The notes under the pieces are model-generated. The model saw only the letters and a program-made list of their open reading frames with translations. It was not told the origin of the DNA and ran no database searches. A stretch of 64,000 nt of DNA, taken from contig CBDCDA010000001.1 in NCBI GenBank assembly GCA_965215335.1, forward strand, positions 576,001 to 640,000, written 5' to 3'. Origin of the DNA: an uncultured Candidatus Entotheonella sp. GTDB taxonomy: Bacteria > Tectomicrobia > Entotheonellia > Entotheonellales > Entotheonellaceae. This document shows positions 19,388 to 26,603 of the stretch, piece after piece; position 1 is the first letter of the stretch; the number at the start of each line of letters is the position of its first letter. The translations under genes and the position numbers were made by a program.

Positions 19388-20233
19388 GTGAACATAATGG
19401 ATACTTCCATGGACGATTTGACGCGGTGCGAGCACCCTTCGATACCCGATCCGCTTGAGGCCGATGACCTGCAGCGCTTGCTCACGACCAAAACGTTGGG
19501 CCGGACCGTTCATGTGAAGGCGCAAACGACCTCGACCAACGACGTTGCCAAGCAGCTGGCGCGAGACGGGGCGCCGGAGGGCACCGTGGTTTTGGCCGAG
19601 CAGCAGCAGCGGGGACGAGGGCGTCAGGGGCGTAGCTTTGTCTCGCCGGCCGGCGTGGGGATCTACATGTCGCTGCTGTTGCGGCCGCAGGTTGATCTCA
19701 GCCGCCTGCCGCAGCTGACCCTGGTAGCAGCGGTGGCAGCGGCGGAGGCCATCGCCGAGGTGAGCTCTCTATCTATCGAACTGAAATGGCCGAACGACGT
19801 GATGATTCACGACAAGAAGGCGGGGGGCATCCTGACCGAAAGCGTTTTCCAGGCCAGCCTGTCGCCCGTGGCCATCGTTGGCATCGGTATCAACGTCAAC
19901 ACCGCTCTGGAGCAGTTCCCCGCCGATCTGCGACATCAGGTTACCTCCCTGGCCCTGGCAGCCGGGCGTTGCGTGCCCCGCCCGCCGCTCATCGCCGCAC
20001 TCCTGGCTCGCCTCGAACCGCTCTATCACACCTTCCAGCAGCAGGGTCTCGCGCCCATCTTACCACGCTGGCTGCGCTACGGACGCATCGCCGGCAAGCC
20101 GGTGCGCTGCACCACGGCGCGCGGCGTCGAGGAGGGCGTCGTCCTGAGCCTGGATGAGGATGGCGCTTTGCTGGTGCAAGGGCGTGACGGCTCGCGCCTG
20201 CGGGTCGTTTCCGGCGAGATGGTGTTCCTGTGA
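19388..20233 (+). CDS. birA: Biotin-[acetyl-CoA-carboxylase] ligase (no N-terminal HTH seen)
   Basis: STN, GRGRQGR, KWPND, KAGGILTE, GIGINV. Confidence 0.95.
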   Translation: MNIMDTSMDDLTRCEHPSIPDPLEADDLQRLLTTKTLGRTVHVKAQTTSTNDVAKQLARDGAPEGTVVLAEQQQRGRGRQGRSFVSPAGVGIYMSLLLRPQVDLSRLPQLTLVAAVAAAEAIAEVSSLSIELKWPNDVMIHDKKAGGILTESVFQASLSPVAIVGIGINVNTALEQFPADLRHQVTSLALAAGRCVPRPPLIAALLARLEPLYHTFQQQGLAPILPRWLRYGRIAGKPVRCTTARGVEEGVVLSLDEDGALLVQGRDGSRLRVVSGEMVFL

Positions 20234-20249
20234 ACGCCGAGCGCGTTTC

Positions 20250-20278
20250 TTGACACCGGAGGGTCGCGCACGTATGCT
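20250..20278 (+). promoter_or_regulatory. Sigma70-type promoter for the tRNA pair
   Basis: TTGACA-17 nt-TATGCT, 48 nt upstream of tRNA-Ala. Confidence 0.75.
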
Positions 20279-20325
20279 CTGGGAGCCACAATGAACAGGC
20301 GCGACACAGACGGTCGCGGCCTTGT

Positions 20326-20398
20326 GGGCGGTTAGCTCAGTTGGGAGAGCGCTGCCTTCGCAAGGCAGAGGTCGGGAGTTCGAATCTCCTACCGTCCA
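20326..20398 (+). tRNA. tRNA-Ala (anticodon CGC), CCA not encoded
   Basis: Cloverleaf with GGGCGGT/ACCGTCC acceptor stem carrying G3:U70, CTGCC-TT CGC AA-GGCAG anticodon arm, TTCGAAT T-loop. Confidence 0.97.
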
Positions 20399-20417
20399 TG
20401 CGGTTCTCAGACCGCCG

Positions 20418-20444
20418 GAGAAATGGGCAACCTGCCCATTTCTC
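20418..20444. repeat. 12-bp perfect hairpin in the tRNA spacer
   Basis: gagaaatgggca-acc-tgcccatttctc. Confidence 0.8.
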
Positions 20445-20455
20445 ACCAGCACGAC

Positions 20456-20527
20456 GGGCGATTAGCTCAGCGGGAGAGCACTGCCTTCACACGGCAGGGG
20501 TCACTGGTTCAAATCCAGTATCGCCCA
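20456..20527 (+). tRNA. tRNA-Val (anticodon CAC), CCA not encoded
   Basis: GGGCGAT/ATCGCCC acceptor stem, CTGCC-TT CAC AC-GGCAG anticodon arm, TTCAAAT T-loop. Confidence 0.97.
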
Positions 20528-20550
20528 TTTCCCTATTCATCCCCTACCCT

Positions 20551-22212
20551 CTATCCGCTGCGCGCCACCCACTGCCCATAAACCGGGAACTGGCTGCACA
20601 CGGCCTCGATGTAGGCCGGAACACCGTCCGCATTGGCTACCAGGGCACGTTGCAAGGCGCCCGCCAAGGCGCCCGGCTCTGTCACCCGCTCGGTGTGCAA
20701 CCCGAACTCCCGGATGGCCTTCGACAGGTCGATCTCGTCGGGACCGAGCACGCGGTGGGTGTAGGGATCGTGACCCTCACCCCAGAAGCCGGGACCGTAT
20801 CCGGCAAAACCGCCGTTGCTGACGTGCACGACCGTGACCCCCAGCTTCTCCCGCACCGGCACCTCCAGGTTACCCATCATGTAGCCGAGCCCCGCCTCGC
20901 CGGTCACGGCAACCGCGCTGCGCTCCGGATGCGCCTTCTTGGCGGCGACCACCGCGGCCAGACTGTAGCCCAATGACGACACGTTGCCCCAGCCCAGGAA
21001 GCCCCGCGGAATGAGCGTGTCGTAAACCGTGCTGAGCTGGTCGCGAGTGTTGCCGGATTCGTGCGTGACAAATGACTTGTGCGGGTCCAGAACCTTCATG
21101 AGCTCGCTGTATACGCGATAAGGGTTGATCGGCGCGTCGTCGGAGGCCATCGCCTCCCGGTAGGATGCCAGCGCGCGGTCGCGGGACGCCTTGACCTCAG
21201 CCGCTACGCTGCCGGGCGGGCAACCCTTTCCATCGGACTGCCTGGCCAACTCCTCGGCCAGCGCCTGCAGGGAGAACCGGGCGTTGCCGAGCAGGGCGTG
21301 CGCCGTCGGGAACACCTTGTTGACGTCCAGTTCGCTGACGTTGCAGGAGATGATGGTTTTCTGCGCCGCGTCGGGGATGGCGTGACTGAAGCGGCCCGGC
21401 GACAGGCTGGAGCCGACGGCGAGGATCACATCACTCTTCTTCAGGTATTCGGTCACCTGGTCGCCGCGCACCCCGACAAACAACGGGTGGTTTTCGGGAA
21501 ACGCACCCTTGGCCTTGAGCGTCGTGATGACCGGCACATTCGCCAGTTCCACGAAGGTTTTGAGCTCCGCCACCGCGTCGGCATAGATGACGCCCTCGCC
21601 CGCGTACACGAGCGGGCTTTGCGCCTTCATCAGCAACTCGACGGCCATCTTCACGTCAGCCGGGTCGGGTGCCGCCTTCCACCCCTTCACCGGCGTGTAC
21701 GGGTCGGCGGTTTCGTCGTACTGCCCGGTCGCTTCGGGCACGGCCAGAATGACGGGCCCCGGGCGTCCGGTGCGCAACATGGTAAAGGCACGGCGCATGA
21801 ACTCCGGTACACGTTCCGGCTTGTCGATGTAGCCGTACCATTTGGACACCGACTTGAGGCTGGCGGTGAGGTCGAAGTGCGAATTCTCGGAACTGCCAAT
21901 CGGCACGCCGTCGGTGATGCACAGCATCGGCGAGTTGTCTTCGTAAGCCTGCGCCAGCCCCGCGTAGGCCACCTGCAGCCCGGCGGCGTTGACGCCGCCC
22001 TGCACCGTGGCAACGCCGGTCCGTTTACCGCCGGTAATGCGGGAGAAGGCGTCCGCCACGGCGATGGCGTAGCGGTCGTCCCGCATCATGAGCATGGGTA
22101 CATTCTCGCGGCCGAGTGCGTTGTTGACCCTGCAAACGGGAAAGGTGGAGACCCACTCCACGCCCTCCTGCCTGAGAATGCGTGCAATTCCGGTTGCGAC
22201 GTCGGTAGTCAA
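20551..22212 (-). CDS. Thiamine diphosphate-dependent enzyme (acetolactate synthase-like fold)
   Basis: ADAFSR, AFTMLRTGRPGPV, AKGAFPENHPL, SSLGYSL, TGEAG...VSNGG. Confidence 0.88.
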   Translation of the reverse strand: MTTDVATGIARILRQEGVEWVSTFPVCRVNNALGRENVPMLMMRDDRYAIAVADAFSRITGGKRTGVATVQGGVNAAGLQVAYAGLAQAYEDNSPMLCITDGVPIGSSENSHFDLTASLKSVSKWYGYIDKPERVPEFMRRAFTMLRTGRPGPVILAVPEATGQYDETADPYTPVKGWKAAPDPADVKMAVELLMKAQSPLVYAGEGVIYADAVAELKTFVELANVPVITTLKAKGAFPENHPLFVGVRGDQVTEYLKKSDVILAVGSSLSPGRFSHAIPDAAQKTIISCNVSELDVNKVFPTAHALLGNARFSLQALAEELARQSDGKGCPPGSVAAEVKASRDRALASYREAMASDDAPINPYRVYSELMKVLDPHKSFVTHESGNTRDQLSTVYDTLIPRGFLGWGNVSSLGYSLAAVVAAKKAHPERSAVAVTGEAGLGYMMGNLEVPVREKLGVTVVHVSNGGFAGYGPGFWGEGHDPYTHRVLGPDEIDLSKAIREFGLHTERVTEPGALAGALQRALVANADGVPAYIEAVCSQFPVYGQWVARSG

Positions 22213-22405
22213 GGCGGTGTCCTTTTGTGGTGGGGTTGCAAGCTTTCGTGAGGGCCAGCGTCCGTACCGCGGCGGCTGACGAGTGGTGCATCACTATAAG
22301 TCACAAACTGGTGGCGGTCCATCCACACCCTTGGGTGGCCAGGGTAAGCGCATATGGCGCCATTCGGATACAGCAGTTCAAGATTGATTGGTGTCCCACC
22401 GTAGC

Positions 22406-22472
22406 GTCATTCCGGCGCATGCCGGAATCCAGAGTCATGCCGCCGTGGATGCCGGGTCAAGCCCGGCATGAC
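22406..22472. repeat. REP/dRS3-like palindromic element
   Basis: GTCATTCCGGCGCATGCCGGAATCCA...TGGATGCCGGGTCAAGCCCGGCATGAC: two hairpins bounded by GTCAT/ATGAC. Confidence 0.75.
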
Positions 22473-22649
22473 GTGCAGGCAGGCTTATGAGCGTCGCATG
22501 GTTATTACGGCAATCCTCATATGCGCTTACCCTGCTTGGCGGCTGGCGGCCGTGAGCGTCGTTCCCTTTTGACCCGCGATGAGGAATGGAAATAGAATCT
22601 GCCCCCGTCCAACGTCTTCCAGTCCAACATTCAAGAAGGAGAGCCCATC

Positions 22650-23078
22650 ATGAGCGGCGCCGAGATTCTCTTCGACCACGTGCACATCATCTGCGAGGAG
22701 CCGGAATCCGCTGCCGCGTGGTACGCCGACATGCTGGGCGGCACCGTCACCCGCCGCAGCGAAGTGCGCGGCGCGCCCCAGATCGCGGTGCAGTTCAACG
22801 GCGCCACCATCCTGGTTCGCGGTCGCCGCCCCGGGGAGCAGCCGGCGAAGCGCCCGCCCCTGCAATCGTTCGAGAATTTCGTCAGCCACGACCAATGGGG
22901 CACCGATCACTTCGGCTTCAAGGTCGTCGGGGACCTGACCGAGTTTTGTGACGCCATCCGGGAAAAAGGCGGCACATTTGCCGTGGAACCTTATGAATTC
23001 GCGCCGGGCACGCGCATCGCCTACCTTTCGGGGCCTGACGGCGTGAGCATCGAACTCGTCGAGGCCAAAGCCCAGTAG
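22650..23078 (+). CDS. VOC (glyoxalase-like) family protein
   Basis: FDHVHI, DHFGF, GPDGVSIELVE. AAGGAG ribosome binding site. Confidence 0.9.
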   Translation: MSGAEILFDHVHIICEEPESAAAWYADMLGGTVTRRSEVRGAPQIAVQFNGATILVRGRRPGEQPAKRPPLQSFENFVSHDQWGTDHFGFKVVGDLTEFCDAIREKGGTFAVEPYEFAPGTRIAYLSGPDGVSIELVEAKAQ

Positions 23079-23137
23079 AAAGACGTCACGCTTCTGCTAC
23101 ACAGACGTGTGAAATCAGTCGATAGAGGAGTTGCAGC

Positions 23138-23335
23138 ATGACCGAAGACCACGATGCACTCCAACATGAGGCCGAGCGAGCCGGGCTTACCCAACTCTTG
23201 GAGACGCATTGGGCGCAGCTCGCCAAAGCCAAGGCGTCGGCTGAGCAGTTGATATGCGGCATTCCCCGCCATCTGCACATGTACGATGAACCGGCCCATA
23301 TATTCCGGGCGGTGCAGAGGCGTGAGCATGACTGA
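23138..23335 (+). CDS. Small protein, AtzG/GatC-like amidase partner (putative)
   Basis: 65 aa, helical, ends in DEPAHIF, has GAGGAG RBS, overlaps the amidase start. Confidence 0.55.
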   Translation: MTEDHDALQHEAERAGLTQLLETHWAQLAKAKASAEQLICGIPRHLHMYDEPAHIFRAVQRREHD

Positions 23336-24722
23336 ACTCGCCTATCTCACCCTGGCACAAGCCTCGGCGCGCATTCGCCGTAAGGACCTCTCGCCCGTTG
23401 ACTACACCCAGGCTCTCTTGCGCCGCATCGACACCCACGATGCCAGGTTCAACGCCTTTTTACGTCACACACCGGAAATAGCCCTGCAGCAAGCCAGACA
23501 GGCCGAGGCCGACATCCAGGCCGGCAACTGGCGCGGCCCCCTGCATGGGATTCCCTACGGGCTGAAGGACATCATCGACGTCGAAGGGATACCAACGACG
23601 GGGCATTCCAAAATTCTGGCTGACAACCTGGCGCGAACGGATGCCTTTGTCACACGCCGATTGCGGGCCGCCGGGGCCGTGTTTCTGGGCAAGCTGTCGA
23701 CGCACGAGTTTGCCCTTGGCGGACCGTCCTTTGATCTGCCCTGGCCGCCGGCACGAAATGCGTGGAATCGGGACTATTTCCCGGGTGGATCTTCGAGCGG
23801 CTCCGGCGTGGCCCTGGCCGCCGGGTTTGTCCCGGCCGCCTTGGGGACCGACACGGGTGGCTCGGTACGCAACCCGGCCTCCATGTGCGGCATTGTCGGG
23901 ATGAAGGCAACCTATGGGCGTGTCAGCCGCCGCGGCGTTCTGCCGCTGTCGTATTCCCTTGATCATATTGGCCCCATGACCCGGACCGTCACGGACAATG
24001 CGCTGCTGCTGGGCGTCATTGCCGGGCATGACCCTCAGGACCCGGGCAGCATCCGCGACGCAGTGCCGGATTTCACTGCCGACCTGGACAAAGGCGTCAG
24101 CGGCCTCAAGGTCGGGGTCATCAGACGCTTCTACAACACCGATTTCGAAGCCGACGCGGAGATGACCCGGAGCATCGAGGACGCCCTTCGAATTCTGGCC
24201 GGACAGGGGGCGGAGGTACAGGAAATCGATCCAGGCCCACTCGTCGATTACCTGTCGGCAAACCGGGTGATCCTGTTATCGGAAGCCTATGCGATTCACG
24301 AAAAATGGCTGCAGGAACGGCCGGGGGATTATGGCGACCTGACCCGCGAGCGACTGCTGCCAGGCGCCTTTTTTCGTGCCGTCGATTACGTGCACGCTCT
24401 GCGGCAACGGGAGGTACTCAGGCAAAAATTCAATGCCTGCATGGCATCCGTCGACGTGGCCATTACAGCCTCGAGCATGGAACCGGCCTGCCCGATCGAG
24501 GATGCCGAGTTGTGCGAAAAACAATACGGGCGGCAAGCACGAGCACCCTTCAATCTCACCGGGGCACCGGCCCTCGCCGTTCCCACTGGCTTCGCCGCAA
24601 CGGGCTTGCCGCTCTCCATGCAGATTATCGGCAAACCCGGCGATGAAACGACCGTGTACCGTGTCGCCCGGGCCTACGAACGCGCTACAGACTGGATATC
24701 CAGACATCCTGTTCTGGGATGA
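23328..24722 (+). CDS. Amidase signature family enzyme (GatA/AtzE-like)
   Basis: GPLHGIPYGLKD, PGGSSSGS, GTDTGGSVRNPA. Confidence 0.93.
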   Translation: MTELAYLTLAQASARIRRKDLSPVDYTQALLRRIDTHDARFNAFLRHTPEIALQQARQAEADIQAGNWRGPLHGIPYGLKDIIDVEGIPTTGHSKILADNLARTDAFVTRRLRAAGAVFLGKLSTHEFALGGPSFDLPWPPARNAWNRDYFPGGSSSGSGVALAAGFVPAALGTDTGGSVRNPASMCGIVGMKATYGRVSRRGVLPLSYSLDHIGPMTRTVTDNALLLGVIAGHDPQDPGSIRDAVPDFTADLDKGVSGLKVGVIRRFYNTDFEADAEMTRSIEDALRILAGQGAEVQEIDPGPLVDYLSANRVILLSEAYAIHEKWLQERPGDYGDLTRERLLPGAFFRAVDYVHALRQREVLRQKFNACMASVDVAITASSMEPACPIEDAELCEKQYGRQARAPFNLTGAPALAVPTGFAATGLPLSMQIIGKPGDETTVYRVARAYERATDWISRHPVLG

Positions 24723-24847
24723 GACCGCGGCCGGGCAACCGCCTGGAATCGTTGACGGTGCCCTGCAAACCGGCCAAGATGGGCACCCGGAGGACGATCG
24801 AGACCTTTGAAATCGCCCTGCAAACCACAAGGAAGGAGACCCATCCC

Positions 24848-25894
24848 ATGCCAATACAGGTATCACACCAGAGGTCCTACGTATATGCCGGCTTGGCCGG
24901 TAAAACCACCCCAGGCCGGATCGTTCGATCCGGCCTGTATCGCCAGGTCGCGGGTGATGGTGAGTGGGAAACTCTGCATCACGGCCTGCCCGAGGCGCCG
25001 GCCATCCGGGCTATTGCCGTCCACCCGCAACAGCCCGAAATCGTGTATGTGGGCACCCAGCAAGGCCCCTACCGGAGCACGGATCACGGCGATCATTGGG
25101 AGAAGGTCAACGTGCCGGATCATGGCCTGCCCGTCTGGTCGCTGCTCTTTCATCCGCACGACGCCGATCTGATGTACGCCGGATACGAAAACTGCGAGAT
25201 TTACCGCAGCGAGAACGGTGGCGACACCTGGCAGCCGGTACCCGTCAGCGTGCGCTTCCCGGAAATCACCATGGCGCCGGGCGCCAACCCGGCCAAGCGG
25301 GTCCTGATGATCGCCGGCAGCGTGGCCGATCCCGACATGCTCTACGGCGCCATCGAAGTCGGCGGCATGATTCGCAGCACGGACGGCGGCGGGCACTGGG
25401 AAAACCTCAGCCACGGCCAGTACCTGAACGACGACGTGGTCGATACCCACGGGGTCCTGGTCAGCCGTTTGCGCCCCGGAACCGTGTACGGCATCACCCG
25501 CGCCGGCATGTTCCACAGCCCGGATCACGGCGACCACTGGCAGCACGTGCGCCTCGAACCCCTCAACGCCAAGGGGCAACTCTACTGCCGCGACATCCGC
25601 GAAGTGCCGGGCGACCCCAAGACGATCTGGGTAGCGGCCGGAGCGAATTTCCAAAGCGATGTCGGTGTCCTGTTCCGCAGCACGGACGGCGGCACGTCCT
25701 GGAGCCGGGTGGAGATGGGCCTGCAACCGAGTCATACGATGTTCAAGCTGGCGTTCGACGAACGCCAGCCCAGCCGGATGTACTGCGCCACCAACGGTGG
25801 CGAGGTGTTCGGCAGCACCGACGGCGGCGACACGTGGAAACCTCACCCGCTGCCGCCAGACGCGACGCAGGTCTACGCTTTGGCTTGCGGTTAA
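24848..25894 (+). CDS. BNR/Asp-box beta-propeller protein
   Basis: Repeated S-x-D-G-G-x-x-W Asp boxes. ATG at 24848 follows AAGGAG. Confidence 0.85.
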   Translation: MPIQVSHQRSYVYAGLAGKTTPGRIVRSGLYRQVAGDGEWETLHHGLPEAPAIRAIAVHPQQPEIVYVGTQQGPYRSTDHGDHWEKVNVPDHGLPVWSLLFHPHDADLMYAGYENCEIYRSENGGDTWQPVPVSVRFPEITMAPGANPAKRVLMIAGSVADPDMLYGAIEVGGMIRSTDGGGHWENLSHGQYLNDDVVDTHGVLVSRLRPGTVYGITRAGMFHSPDHGDHWQHVRLEPLNAKGQLYCRDIREVPGDPKTIWVAAGANFQSDVGVLFRSTDGGTSWSRVEMGLQPSHTMFKLAFDERQPSRMYCATNGGEVFGSTDGGDTWKPHPLPPDATQVYALACG

Positions 25895-25905
25895 TACGAC
25901 CTCGC

Positions 25906-26274
25906 ATGAACCTGGAACGCGCTCAAGAATCGTTACACGCTGCAAATCTGTGTTTACAAACAGGCTATGTGAACTCTGCGGCCAGTCGTGCTTATTATGC
26001 GATGTTTCAATCCGCTCAAGTTGCCCTTGAAGCTGCCGGTTTTACACGTGCGACCTGGGGACAACACGCGGTTCTTCAAGCGACGTTCACTGCAGAATTG
26101 ATCGCTCGTCGCAAGGTGTACCCGGCTGCCTTGCGCGATTACCTCTCCACGGGCCTGCGGGCACGCCACGCAGCGGACTACGGGGCTTCCGGCATAAGCC
26201 AGAAAGTGGCTCAGCGTATGCTGCGGAGGGCAACGAGATTTGTGACTGCCGTCGAGGAGGCCCTGCAACGATGA
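25906..26274 (+). CDS. HEPN domain protein (UPF0332-like)
   Basis: SRAYYAMF and RHAADY motifs, 122 aa from ATG 25906. Confidence 0.85.
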   Translation: MNLERAQESLHAANLCLQTGYVNSAASRAYYAMFQSAQVALEAAGFTRATWGQHAVLQATFTAELIARRKVYPAALRDYLSTGLRARHAADYGASGISQKVAQRMLRRATRFVTAVEEALQR

Positions 26275-26603
26275 AACTTCCGACACCCCAAAATGGATAT
26301 CGCCTCTTACTGGATAGAAAACTCACCGAACTGGCGCTTTATGCGAAAGAACTCTGTCCTGAGGCAGAAGTCGAAACTAGTACGGTGCCCTGCGAAGATG
26401 AAGATGGTCATCTTGACGTTTTCCCCCCTCCGTATCTCTCCGAGGCGGAAGAGGAACGCATCGAATTAGCCATTGCAGAACGCGCGGCAGCGATCTTTGA
26501 GCAAACGGGTCTCTATATTCTGTGTGCGGTGCTTGATTCGACTGCCCGTGATGAGCAGAGAACCGGCGAGGCTGACAAAGGAAGGAACGAAACAGGGGCA
26601 TGA
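26271..26603 (+). CDS. Small acidic hypothetical protein, possibly a divergent minimal nucleotidyltransferase/antitoxin
   Basis: GAGGAGG RBS, ATGA overlaps with both neighbours, EDEDGHLDV acidic motif. Confidence 0.6.
   Translation: MKLPTPQNGYRLLLDRKLTELALYAKELCPEAEVETSTVPCEDEDGHLDVFPPPYLSEAEEERIELAIAERAAAIFEQTGLYILCAVLDSTARDEQRTGEADKGRNETGA

Noticed and set aside
24964..26274. 436-aa ORF apparently fusing a long N-terminus to HEPN
   Set aside because: The first ~314 codons are an Arg/Gly/Pro-rich off-frame shadow of the beta-propeller gene; the HEPN protein starts at ATG 25906
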